64,000 nt of DNA from an uncultured Actinomycetes bacterium. Its GTDB lineage: Bacteria; Actinomycetota; UBA4738; HRBIN12. The DNA lies in assembly GCA_963704885.1 (NCBI GenBank), contig CAVPIB010000004.1, positions 256,001 through 320,000 on the forward strand. The letters run 5' to 3'. Both the position numbers and the translations under genes were made by a program. The notes below the pieces were generated by a model. It saw only the letters and a program-made list of their open reading frames with translations, was not told where the DNA came from and did not search any database. This document shows, piece after piece, positions 1 through 8,904 of this stretch (positions are counted from its first letter, which is position 1; every line of letters begins with the position of its first letter).

Positions 1-1829
1 TGTCCCAGGTCGACAATCGTCTCACCGTTCGTCTGGCCACCGTTGCGGGCGTCTGGGGTGTGACGTTCGTGGTCGTGCTCGTGAACGCCCTCGTGTTGCA
101 GGCGGTCCTCGGTGGTGGGGGAGGGGTGCGGAGGCTCGCCCGCGTCGGCATCGCCCTCATCTTGGTCGCCGTCCCCGTGCTGATCCCGTTCTCGGTTCCC
201 CTTGGATCGGACCTGGACGTCGCGGCCCTGCAGGTGGATGTGCGTCTAGCCGCCCAGGGCTCGACCACCGACGAGGACCTAGGCGTCGCCAACCTGCACA
301 TGGCGCTCCACGCAACCCTGGCTGAGGATCCGCCGGACCTGGCCCTGTGGGGCGAGGGCGCGCTCGACCCGGGAGCCGCCAACGATCCCGGGACCCTGGA
401 CGCCGTCGGCCGCACGATAGCTGAGGTGGGTTCACCGACCATCGTCGGCTCCGTGCCGGATGACCCCGACGGGAGTCAGCACACGAGCGTCCTGGTCTTC
501 GACGCCTCAGGGATGCAGGTCGACCGCTACGACAAGGTCCATCTGGTCCCGTTCGGGGAGTACGTGCCGTGGCGGGGATCCCTGGACTGGATGTCCGCGC
601 TCGAGCAGATCCCCGTGGATCGAACACCTGGGGAGATGATCCGCGCGGTCTCCGATGATGGGCTCCCACCCGTCGGCACCCCGATCTGCTTCGAGAACAG
701 CTTCCCCTCGCTCACGAGGCAGTTCGTGCGCGCGGGCGCGGAGTTCTTGGTCGTCCCCGTGAACAATGCCTCTTACGGGATGACCGCCGCCTCTGCTCAG
801 CACCTCCAGATGAGCCGGATGCGCGCCGTGGAGACCGGCCGATGGGTCATCAACGCCGCCGTCTCCGGCATCACGGCGTTCGTGGACCCTTCCGGGAGAG
901 TGGTGGCCGAGGCCGGCCTGTTCGAGTCGGCCATCGTACGCCACACCATCCGAACATCGAAGAGCACCACGCCGTACGTCGGCCTGGGGGATTGGTTGCC
1001 GTGGCTGTGCCTGGCCTTCGTGGTCGGCTCGATCCTCGTTCCGCGAACACGGGCGTCTGCACGGGGTGCGCCGGCTCCCCTCTCGCCTGATCACCGGAGA
1101 ACGCTGGTGATCTTGCCGACCTACGACGAGCGGGACACCATCGAATGGGTCCTGGCGCGGCTCCTGGCGCTCCCGGAGCATGTCGACATCCTGGTGGTCG
1201 ACGACTCCTCGCCCGACGGCACCGGCGAGTTGGCACAGGCCGTGGCCGCGACCGAACCACGCGTTCGACTCCGCTCGCGTCCAACCAAGTCCGGCCTGGG
1301 CAGCGCGTACCTGGCCGGTTTCAAGGTCGCCATCGATGGCGGATACGACCTGATCGTGGAGATGGACTCCGACCTCTCGCACCAGCCGGAGGAGCTCCCT
1401 GCCCTCCTACGAGCCGCAGGCGATTCGCACGACCTCACGGTAGGCAGTCGTTACATACCCGGCGGTTCGGTTACCGACTGGAGCGCCCTCAGGGTTGGCT
1501 TGTCCCGTGCGGGCAACCGCTATGCGAGGTTCATGTTGGCGCTGCCCGCGCACGACGCCACCAGCGGGTTCCGGGTCTACCGGCGCGCCCTGCTCCAGGA
1601 GCTGGCCTCTCTGCCCCTGCACTCCGAGGGGTACGGCTTCCAGATCGAGCTGGTGATGCGTGCCTGGCATGCCGGATGGGATATCGGCGAAGTCCCGATC
1701 ACGTTCCGCGAGCGCGAGCACGGTCGCTCGAAGATCTCCCGGAGGATCGTGGCCGAGGCGCTTTGGCTCGTGACGGTCTGGGGTCTCAAGGCTCGGTTCC
1801 GTGGCTCTCCCCGCGTTCAGCAGGCCTAA
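1..1829 (+). CDS. lnt: Apolipoprotein N-acyltransferase fused to polyprenol-monophosphomannose synthase (Lnt-Ppm1), 5' end truncated by the window
   Basis: Frame is open from the window edge (SQVDN...LATVAGVWGV). Nitrilase-fold triad motifs WGEGA, YDKVHLVPFGEY and PICFE are followed by GT2 motifs VILPTYDE, VVDDSSPDGT, EMDSDLSH and FREREHGRSK. Confidence 0.92.
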   Translation, partial: SQVDNRLTVRLATVAGVWGVTFVVVLVNALVLQAVLGGGGGVRRLARVGIALILVAVPVLIPFSVPLGSDLDVAALQVDVRLAAQGSTTDEDLGVANLHMALHATLAEDPPDLALWGEGALDPGAANDPGTLDAVGRTIAEVGSPTIVGSVPDDPDGSQHTSVLVFDASGMQVDRYDKVHLVPFGEYVPWRGSLDWMSALEQIPVDRTPGEMIRAVSDDGLPPVGTPICFENSFPSLTRQFVRAGAEFLVVPVNNASYGMTAASAQHLQMSRMRAVETGRWVINAAVSGITAFVDPSGRVVAEAGLFESAIVRHTIRTSKSTTPYVGLGDWLPWLCLAFVVGSILVPRTRASARGAPAPLSPDHRRTLVILPTYDERDTIEWVLARLLALPEHVDILVVDDSSPDGTGELAQAVAATEPRVRLRSRPTKSGLGSAYLAGFKVAIDGGYDLIVEMDSDLSHQPEELPALLRAAGDSHDLTVGSRYIPGGSVTDWSALRVGLSRAGNRYARFMLALPAHDATSGFRVYRRALLQELASLPLHSEGYGFQIELVMRAWHAGWDIGEVPITFREREHGRSKISRRIVAEALWLVTVWGLKARFRGSPRVQQA

Positions 1830-1855
1830 CGCCCATAATGGATATTATGTCACCT
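1828..1855. other. dif-like XerC/XerD chromosome dimer resolution site
   Basis: AACGCCCATAA-TGGATA-TTATGTCACCT has the 11-6-11 layout of E. coli dif (GGTGCGCATAA-TGTATA-TTATGTTAAAT). It is an AT-rich patch at the point where gene orientation switches. Confidence 0.85.
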
Positions 1856-1869
1856 TGAACAGAGAGGAC

Positions 1870-2094
1870 TCACCGTTCGTTGCCGTGGCGGTAGTCACCT
1901 GTGGCGCGGGCCAGGAGTTGCTGAACCCCCTCCGTGTCGGCCGAGCGGAGCTTCGCGGCGAGAGCCTCGGCCGCACGGCCGGCCACCGTTGTGACGGTGC
2001 GCCCGCCGCGATCGATCAGGATCCGACCGTCCTTGGTCGTGCGATACGCGAAAGGATCCTCCGAGAGCCGCCTTGACGATCCCGATCGGCTCAT
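1870..2094 (-). CDS. Small hypothetical protein (74 aa)
   Basis: MSRSGSSRRLSEDPFAYRTTKDGRILI...LLARATGDYRHGNER. The ATG overlaps the gcvPB stop (ATGA coupling). Confidence 0.7.
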   Translation of the reverse strand: MSRSGSSRRLSEDPFAYRTTKDGRILIDRGGRTVTTVAGRAAEALAAKLRSADTEGVQQLLARATGDYRHGNER

Positions 2095-3593
2095 CGCGAG
2101 GCGCCGTGGCCGTCCGCGCTCCAACGCAACTTGAGGTGTCGGGCGGCCCTGGCTTCATCGAGGCGACGGACCGGTGTCGTGGTCGGAGCCTCGTGGAGCA
2201 GATCCGGATCTGTCCGCGCTTCCCAGGCAGCCTGACGGAGCGCCGCGCCGAAGGCCTCCAACGTCTCCTTCGTCTCGGTCTCGGTGGGCTCGATCATCAT
2301 CGCCTCATCCACCACGAGCGGGAAGTAGACGGTAGACGGGTGGTAACCGAGGTCGATCAGGCGTTTGGCCACGTCCATCGCCCGGATGTCGGTCGTCTCC
2401 TTCAGGAGGCTCGCCGTCGCCACGAACTCGTGCATGGGACGCCCGTCGGGGAACGCGAGCGGGAACTCTTCGGCGATGAGAGCTGCCAGGTAGTTCGCGT
2501 TCAGGGCCGCAAGCTCGCTGACCGCCTTCAGGCCGTCGGCCCCGTGCAGGAACACGTAGGCGTAGGCCCGAACCAACACCGCGATGTTGCCGTTGAAGCC
2601 GTGGAGCCGTCCGATCGAGCGCGGTCGCTCGTGATCCCATCCGAACTCACCCGTCACCTCGTCCTGCTCCACGAGGGGTGAGGGAAGGAACGGGACCAGC
2701 TCCTCGACCACACCCACGGGACCGGCGCCCGGCCCTCCCCCGCCGTGAGGCGTCGCGAAGGTCTTGTGGGTATTGATGTGCACGATGTCGAACCCCATGT
2801 CGCCAGGGCGGCAGCGGCCCAAGATCGCGTTCAGGTTCGCTCCGTCGTAGTACACGAGTCCGCCAGCGGCGTGCACGAGCCGCGCGATCTCCTCGATCTC
2901 CTGCTCGAACAGCCCGAGCGTGTTCGGATTGGTGAGCATGAGTCCCGCCACCTCGTCGTCAACCAGCTTCGCGAGCGCCCGCACGTCGACCAGACCCCTG
3001 GCATCCGACGGCACCGGCAGGGCTTCGAACCCGGCCAAACGCACACTCGCGGGGTTGGTCCCATGCGCAGAGTCGGGGATGATCACCTTCGTCCGTCCAC
3101 CGCCATGCTCGGCGTGGAAGGCCCGCATGATCAACAGACCTGTCATCTCGCCGCAGGCGCCCGCCGGCGGTTGCAGCGTCGCCCGCGCCATCCCCGTGAT
3201 CTCGCAGAGCGCATGCTCCAGGCGCCACAGCAGCTCCAGCGCACCTTGAGCCGTGTGGTCGGGCTGGAGTGGATGCAGACGCTGGAACCCTGGGAGCGCC
3301 GCCACCGTCTCGGCGACCTTGGGGTTGTACTTCATGGTGCACGAGCCCAACGGATAGAACCCGGTGTCGAGTCCGTGGTTCATCTGCGACAGACGGGTGT
3401 AGTGGCGAACCAGGTCGACCTCGGACACCTCGGGGAGGCCGGGTGCGACCCGGCGTCGATCGCCCTGCGGGACGGGGATGTCGGGGACATCGAGCGGAGG
3501 AAAGCTGTAGGCCGTTCGCCCCGGCCGGGAGCGATCGGCGATCGTGCCGACCCCCTCGGCCGGTCCCTGTCGACGGATCGGCGCTCCTATCAC
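2091..3593 (-). CDS. gcvPB: Glycine dehydrogenase (decarboxylating) subunit 2
   Basis: PLGSCTMKYNP, HINTHKTF (PLP lysine), PHGGGGPGAGP, IEPTETE. Confidence 0.96.
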   Translation of the reverse strand: MIGAPIRRQGPAEGVGTIADRSRPGRTAYSFPPLDVPDIPVPQGDRRRVAPGLPEVSEVDLVRHYTRLSQMNHGLDTGFYPLGSCTMKYNPKVAETVAALPGFQRLHPLQPDHTAQGALELLWRLEHALCEITGMARATLQPPAGACGEMTGLLIMRAFHAEHGGGRTKVIIPDSAHGTNPASVRLAGFEALPVPSDARGLVDVRALAKLVDDEVAGLMLTNPNTLGLFEQEIEEIARLVHAAGGLVYYDGANLNAILGRCRPGDMGFDIVHINTHKTFATPHGGGGPGAGPVGVVEELVPFLPSPLVEQDEVTGEFGWDHERPRSIGRLHGFNGNIAVLVRAYAYVFLHGADGLKAVSELAALNANYLAALIAEEFPLAFPDGRPMHEFVATASLLKETTDIRAMDVAKRLIDLGYHPSTVYFPLVVDEAMMIEPTETETKETLEAFGAALRQAAWEARTDPDLLHEAPTTTPVRRLDEARAARHLKLRWSADGHGASR

Positions 3594-4912
3594 GACAACA
3601 CCAGTTCGAGCGCCTCGCAGAATCGGTCGATCTCGCCCTTGGAACGGCGCTCCGTGACGGCGATCGACATCGCGTGTCCGCCAGCGTCCGCCATGGGCAC
3701 GCCGCCCAGGAAGCCGTGCTCGAGCAACGCGTCGCGGACGTCGATGGCCTTACGAGGCAGCGTGACCGTGAATTCCTTGAAGAAGGGGGCTGCCGGGAAC
3801 AAGAGGTCGATGCCGTCGATCTCGGTCAGGCGCGCCGCCGCGTAGGCGGTCTTCGACGCGCACTGCCTCCCTAGCTCCGAGAGTCCGCCGGGCCCGAGCC
3901 ATCCCAGGTAGATGGTTGCAGCGACCGCCATGAGCGTCTGGTTCGTGCAGATGTTCGAGTTGGCCTTCTCTCGGCGGATGTGCTGTTCGCGGGCCTGGAG
4001 GGTGAGCACGTAGCCGGTCGTGCCGTCCACGTCGATCGTCTCGCCGACGATGCGGCCAGGCATCCTCCGAACATCGTCCATCCGGGCCGCGATCAGGCCG
4101 AGGTAGGGACCACCGTAGTTGAGATGGTTGCCCAGGCCCTGACCCTCGGCCACAGCGATGTCTGCCCCCAGCTCCCCCGGCGGGGCGAGGATCCCCAGCG
4201 AGAGCGGGTCGAACACTTGGACCGCCCGCGCTCCCCCGTCGTGCGCCAGGCCGAACAGTTCACGGACGGGCTCCAGCACCCCGTAGACGTTCGGGTGCTG
4301 GACGACCACCGCGGCCACGTCCGGCCCCACCTCAGGTGCTCCTCCCCGACCCTGCACCAACGGGAAGACCTCGGGCTCATACCCCGCTCCCCTGCCATAG
4401 GACCGGAGGGTCTCGAGCAGCCGCTGATCGACCCCTGCCGAGACCAACACCCGTCCTCGTCCGTGTCCCCGCGCCATGTTCACGGCCTCCACCAGGGCGG
4501 TAGCCCCGTCGTAGAGCGAAGCGTTGGACACCTCGAGCGCCGTCAGCTCGCAGATCATCGATTGGAACTCGAACAGGGTCTGGAGGACGCCCTGCGAAAG
4601 CTCCGGTTGGTAAGGGGTATACGAGGTATAGAACTCCGATCGCCCCGTCAGCGCCCAAACGATGCTGGGCACGTAGTGGTCGTAAGCGCCACCTCCCGCG
4701 AAGCACACGAGGTCGTCCATGCTCCGGTCGTTGGCCGCCAGCACGCCCATGTCGGCCACGAGCTCCATCTCGGAGATCCCGGGCTCGAGCGCGAGCGGCC
4801 GATCGAGCCGAACCCCGGCCGGGATGTCGGAGAACAACTCGTCCATGCTCACGATCCCGAGCGTGGCGAGCATCTCCCGGACGTCGTCGTCGGTGTGCGG
4901 GGTGAACCTCAC
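3590..4912 (-). CDS. gcvPA: Glycine dehydrogenase (decarboxylating) subunit 1
   Basis: FTPHTDDDVREML, YTPYQPELSQG, NASLYDGATA, REQHIRREKANSNICTNQ. The GTG at 4912 lies 7 nt after a TAATAT -10 box. Confidence 0.95.
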   Translation of the reverse strand: MRFTPHTDDDVREMLATLGIVSMDELFSDIPAGVRLDRPLALEPGISEMELVADMGVLAANDRSMDDLVCFAGGGAYDHYVPSIVWALTGRSEFYTSYTPYQPELSQGVLQTLFEFQSMICELTALEVSNASLYDGATALVEAVNMARGHGRGRVLVSAGVDQRLLETLRSYGRGAGYEPEVFPLVQGRGGAPEVGPDVAAVVVQHPNVYGVLEPVRELFGLAHDGGARAVQVFDPLSLGILAPPGELGADIAVAEGQGLGNHLNYGGPYLGLIAARMDDVRRMPGRIVGETIDVDGTTGYVLTLQAREQHIRREKANSNICTNQTLMAVAATIYLGWLGPGGLSELGRQCASKTAYAAARLTEIDGIDLLFPAAPFFKEFTVTLPRKAIDVRDALLEHGFLGGVPMADAGGHAMSIAVTERRSKGEIDRFCEALELVLS

Positions 4913-4952
4913 GCCCGGAATATTACGGTCGCGGGTGCCCGGCGGCCGTTGG

Positions 4953-5324
4953 TCAGCCCGACTCGTCCTCCAGCCCGTACTTCGTGACCAAAGAGAGGTA
5001 GTCGCGCTGATAGAAGACCTTGCACCGGATCTCGGGGTAGCGCTCACGCAGTCGGCGCACCTTGCGGTTCTTCTTGGTAACGAGCTTCTGGTTGAGCGTG
5101 GTTATCTCGATGTAGAGGTCGTACGTAGGAAGATAGAAGTCGGGCGTGAACCGCTGCAGGACGTTGCCGTTCGTGTCCCAGTCGATGTCGAACGACGTCG
5201 GCTCGTACTCCCACTCGATCTCGTAGAAGTCCAGCAACTGCGCGAATTGACGTTCGCTCGCGTGGGCGAATGGGGTGCTGTCGCTCTTGCCGAGTTCGTC
5301 GGGAGCGGCGGGCTGAGCGCTCAC
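4953..5324 (-). CDS. Hypothetical protein with a PD-(D/E)XK-like nuclease fold
   Basis: FAHASERQFAQLLDFY..WEYEP...FTPDFYLP..LYIEITT...KKNRK. The GTG overlaps the merR stop (GTGA). Confidence 0.75.
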   Translation of the reverse strand: MSAQPAAPDELGKSDSTPFAHASERQFAQLLDFYEIEWEYEPTSFDIDWDTNGNVLQRFTPDFYLPTYDLYIEITTLNQKLVTKKNRKVRRLRERYPEIRCKVFYQRDYLSLVTKYGLEDESG

Positions 5325-5785
5325 GACCCTCCGGCTGCCGAACGCCCGGTCTTCCGCGTTGCCAGGGCCCCCTCGAGGTCGTCCCACACCTTGTCCAATG
5401 CGATAGCGAACACGCCCTGCCCCTTGTTGAGGAGGTCGATCACCGCCTCAGGCGAGTGTGCCTCGTAGACCCCCTTGCCGTCGGACATCAGCGTCACCCC
5501 GTGGGTCGGGCGGTCCATCTCTTGGAGGTATTCGATCGCCTTGCGCACGCGCTGGAGCGAGATCCCGGTATCGAGCAGGTTCTTGATGACCCGCAACGAG
5601 ACCAGGTCCTGGAAGGAGTACAGGCGCTGGGTCCCCGATCCGTGGGCGTCGCGGACGGATGGGGTTACCAGATCCGTTCTGGCCCAGTAATCCAACTGGC
5701 GGTAGGTGATGCCGACTATCCGGCAGACATCCGGAACGCGATAACCCTGATCTCCGGCGACTCGGTAGCCCTGTTCGCTCATCAC
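5321..5785 (-). CDS. MerR-family regulator (Rv1830-like)
   Basis: GITYRQLDYWART.LV.PSVRDAHGSGTQRLYSF.D and GQGVFAIA. Confidence 0.92.
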   Translation of the reverse strand: MMSEQGYRVAGDQGYRVPDVCRIVGITYRQLDYWARTDLVTPSVRDAHGSGTQRLYSFQDLVSLRVIKNLLDTGISLQRVRKAIEYLQEMDRPTHGVTLMSDGKGVYEAHSPEAVIDLLNKGQGVFAIALDKVWDDLEGALATRKTGRSAAGGS

Positions 5786-5873
5786 AGCTCCGTAATTACG
5801 TGGGTGTGGCGCTGAGCTTAGGTGGGCTCCCGGGGCCTGTCAACGGGGGGACACGACCTTCCCCCGTTCGGGG

Positions 5874-5900
5874 CTCAAGGAGGCCATGGGAGCCGCCGAT
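5874..5900 (+). promoter_or_regulatory. Putative FliA/WhiG (sigma-28 type) promoter
   Basis: CTCA-N17-GCCGAT, ending 47 nt upstream of the CAP gene ATG. Confidence 0.5.
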
Positions 5901-5947
5901 GGTCCCTAGACAGGAAGGACCACACCCGGATGTGCATAAGGGGCGAC

Positions 5948-6454
5948 ATGGGCAGCGAGCGCATACGAGATCGGCTCCATCCACGATCGGCGGTCGTCGC
6001 GACCGCGATCGCCGTCACGGTGCTCGTGGGCCTCATCCCCTCACCCGTTCGGGCGACCCCCCGACCTGCCCCCGTCGACACGCGGAGCGAAGTCGGAGCG
6101 GAGGCCTGGCAGCTCTTCCGTGCAACCAATGCGAGCCGTGGACGTTTCGATGTCCCCAAACTCAGACTGAACCGCGAGATGTCCCAGGTGGCACGGCGCC
6201 ACAGCCTGGCGATGGCCCGTGGAGGCGAGCTGTTCCACTCCGGCGACGTAGATGTCTACCTGAACGGGATCTCGTGGCACACCTGGGGCGAGAACGTCGG
6301 CTTCACCCCTGGAGGCGTGAAGAGCATCCAGGACGCCTTCATGAAGAGCGCACCTCACCGGACCAACGTGCTGAGCCGCGCGTTCCACCGCGTGGCGATC
6401 GGGGCGGTCAGGGTGGACGGCGTGTTGTGGGTGACGGTCTTCTTCTACGGCTGA
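5948..6454 (+). CDS. Secreted CAP (SCP-like) domain protein
   Basis: Signal-peptide-like N-terminus. Motifs TNASR, ARRHSLAMA, GENVG, FMKSAPHRTNVL and AIGAV. AAGGGG lies upstream of the ATG at 5948. Confidence 0.85.
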   Translation: MGSERIRDRLHPRSAVVATAIAVTVLVGLIPSPVRATPRPAPVDTRSEVGAEAWQLFRATNASRGRFDVPKLRLNREMSQVARRHSLAMARGGELFHSGDVDVYLNGISWHTWGENVGFTPGGVKSIQDAFMKSAPHRTNVLSRAFHRVAIGAVRVDGVLWVTVFFYG

Positions 6455-6481
6455 GAAAGGCCGCGATCCGTCACGCCGAGG

Positions 6482-6955
6482 CTATCCATCGAAGTCCTCC
6501 GGCTTGACGTTGTCCAGGAACTCCCTGAACTTCTCCACCTCTTCATCCTCGTCACCCGGGATCAGGATCGACGCCTCCGCCAACACGTCTTCGTGCGCGA
6601 AGATCGGGGCCGACATCCTGACCGCGAGCGCGATCGCGTCCGACGGTCGAGATGAGACCTCGAAGCTATCCTCGCCCTTCAGGAGATGGATCGTGGCGAA
6701 GTACGTGCTTTCGCGGAGCTCCGTGACCTCGATCCGCTGCACCTCGACCGTCAGGTCCTCCAGGATCGTCTTCATCAGGTCGTGGGTCATCGGCCGCGGG
6801 GTCTGGACCCCTTGCAGCGAGAGCGCGATCGCCGCCGCCTCCGCGGCTCCGATCCAGATCGGGAGGTAGCGCTCGCCGCCCCGCTCCCGCAGCAGCACGA
6901 TCGGCTGGTTCGAGGGCAGCTCCACGCGTACACCGGTCAGTTCCATCTCGATCAT
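6482..6955 (-). CDS. Bifunctional nuclease family protein (DUF151, Rv1829-like)
   Basis: LPIWIGAAEAAAIA, PRPMTHDL, SRPSDAIALA, VEKFREFLD.V.PEDF. Confidence 0.93.
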   Translation of the reverse strand: MIEMELTGVRVELPSNQPIVLLRERGGERYLPIWIGAAEAAAIALSLQGVQTPRPMTHDLMKTILEDLTVEVQRIEVTELRESTYFATIHLLKGEDSFEVSSRPSDAIALAVRMSAPIFAHEDVLAEASILIPGDEDEEVEKFREFLDNVKPEDFDG

Positions 6956-6998
6956 GGGCTCACCCGCACTGTAGAGGCGGCCTCATGGACGGGCAACC

Positions 6999-7575
6999 TC
7001 ACGGCGATGTGAGCAACGGCGCGAGCACGTCGGGATCCTCACGGAGCGCTTTGAGGTCGTCGACGGCCAGGATGTCGGCCAGGTTGCGGTACCGCTCCGC
7101 GAAGTCCAGTCCGTATCCGACGACGAACCGATCGGGGCAGTCGAAGCCCGTGTAGCGAACCGAGAGCGGCGCGATACGCCGGACCGACTTGTCGAGCAGC
7201 GCACAGACCTCGAGCGAGGCGGGGGCGCGAGCGCGCAGGACCGACATGAGGTACGAAAGCGTGAGGCCCGTGTCCACGATGTCTTCGATGAGCAGCACGT
7301 CGCGCCCGGCCAGGTCCACGTCGAGATCGAGGAGGATCTGCACGCGGCCCAGCGATTCCTCGGCGTCCCCGTAGCGGCTTATGGCCATGAAGTGCACCTC
7401 CAGGGGGATGGGCAAGTGCACGGATCAGGTCCGCGAGGAACACGGTTCCGCCCTTCAGGACCGAGACGAGGACGGGTTCCCGCTCCGCGTAGTCCCCGGT
7501 TATGGCGCGGCCGAGCTCCTCGACGCGGCGGCGGATGTCCTCGCGTCCGTACAGGACGCTCGCGACCTCCGTCAT
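6999..7575 (-). pseudogene. hpt: Hypoxanthine phosphoribosyltransferase with a +1 frameshift near 7403-7424 (pseudogene, sequencing error or recoding)
   Basis: The N-half (MTEV...VLKGGTVFLADLIRA) and the C-half (PLEVHFM...LLIEDIVDTGLTL...FVVGYGLD) are in different frames, offset by one extra base. Confidence 0.85.
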
Positions 7576-7626
7576 CGGCCCGGAGCCTAGCAGTCCCGAC
7601 CCCAAGGATCCGGGAACCACAGCGGA

Positions 7627-8904
7627 TCAGGCCGCGACGGCGCGGAACGCGGACGTGAGCGCGTCGGCTACAGCGCCCGCGGCTCGCTCCCACCAAGGAG
7701 CATCCTCGATCGGAGGAGGAGGAGGCACCGACGACACCACGAGAGGCACACGCCCCACGGTGAGACCGGGGATGGTCACCTTGAGCGCCGCTACGCGCTC
7801 CCCCGGCGTCGGCGGGTAGGCGACGCCGGGCCGCACGATGATCTGCAGTCTCGTGGCCCCGACCGAGGCGGTGGGCACGAGCGCCTCCAGATCGCCCCCG
7901 GTCTCGACAGGGACGCTTCCTCCGGGGAGCGTCACCACGCCGGCCGGCTCGCCGGCCGACACGAACGTGTGCCGCGTGAACGCGGAGAACCCGTGGTTGA
8001 GGAGCGCGGCGGCGTCGGAGAATGCGTCGTTCGGAGCGCCGAGCACGACCGCGACCAGTCTCCGGCCGTCCCGTTCCGCGGAGGCGACGACACAGAAACC
8101 CGCTCGCGACGTGAACCCGGTCTTCACTCCCGTCGCACCCGGGTAGAGCCACAGCAGCGCGTCCCGGTTCTGGATCTGGCGATCGATGCCGTCGGGGCCT
8201 GGGATCGTGTGGAACCGTGAGGCGGCGACGGCCGAGAACCCGGCGGTCCTCATCGCGGCTCGGGTAAGGATCGCCAGGTCGCGGGCGGTGGAGAGGCCGC
8301 GGTCGTCCAGTCCGTTCGGCGAGAAGAAGCGAGTGTGACGCATGCCCAGCCGGAGGGCGCGTGCGTTCATCCTCTTCACGAAGCGAGCTACCGATCCGTC
8401 GACGTGATCGGCGAGTGCGACGGCGGCGTCGTTGGCCGACTGGAGCAGGAGCGCGTAGAGGAGGTCTCGGACCGAGATCTGCTCCCCCTCGCGGAGCCCG
8501 AGCGCCGATATGCCCGATAGGTCGTCCTCTGCGATGACGGCGTCAGTGGCGACGGTCACGATGTCGGTCAGGTCGGCGCGCTCCAACACCAGGACCGCGG
8601 TCATGATCTTCGTGAGGCTTGCGATCGCGCGCTCGGCATCTGGGTTCTCGACGAACAACACTTGGCCGCTGTCTTGGTCTATGAGGATCGCGGACGCCGC
8701 GGAGAGCTCGGGCGTGGACAGAGCGTCGGTGGGCGTGTGCAGGACCTGTGGGAACGGGGACAGTGAGCCGTCGGGCGGGACCGGCGTAGGCGGTGGACCG
8801 GCGGCGAGCTGCGCCCCCGCCCAGCCGCTCAGCGCGGACATCACCGCCAGGGTGAGTAACACCATCAGGGCGGTGCGGCCCACCCTCGGCCGGCGGGGTA
8901 TCAC
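7627..8904 (-). CDS. D-alanyl-D-alanine carboxypeptidase (peptidase S11)
   Basis: SxxK (ASLTK), SxN (SAND) and KTG (VKTGFT) motifs, plus an N-terminal signal peptide. Confidence 0.92.
   Translation of the reverse strand: MIPRRPRVGRTALMVLLTLAVMSALSGWAGAQLAAGPPPTPVPPDGSLSPFPQVLHTPTDALSTPELSAASAILIDQDSGQVLFVENPDAERAIASLTKIMTAVLVLERADLTDIVTVATDAVIAEDDLSGISALGLREGEQISVRDLLYALLLQSANDAAVALADHVDGSVARFVKRMNARALRLGMRHTRFFSPNGLDDRGLSTARDLAILTRAAMRTAGFSAVAASRFHTIPGPDGIDRQIQNRDALLWLYPGATGVKTGFTSRAGFCVVASAERDGRRLVAVVLGAPNDAFSDAAALLNHGFSAFTRHTFVSAGEPAGVVTLPGGSVPVETGGDLEALVPTASVGATRLQIIVRPGVAYPPTPGERVAALKVTIPGLTVGRVPLVVSSVPPPPPIEDAPWWERAAGAVADALTSAFRAVAA

Noticed and set aside
5735-5775. Duplicated QGYRV pentapeptide at the MerR N-terminus
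   Set aside because: A small in-frame duplication in a variable N-terminus, with no evident consequence.
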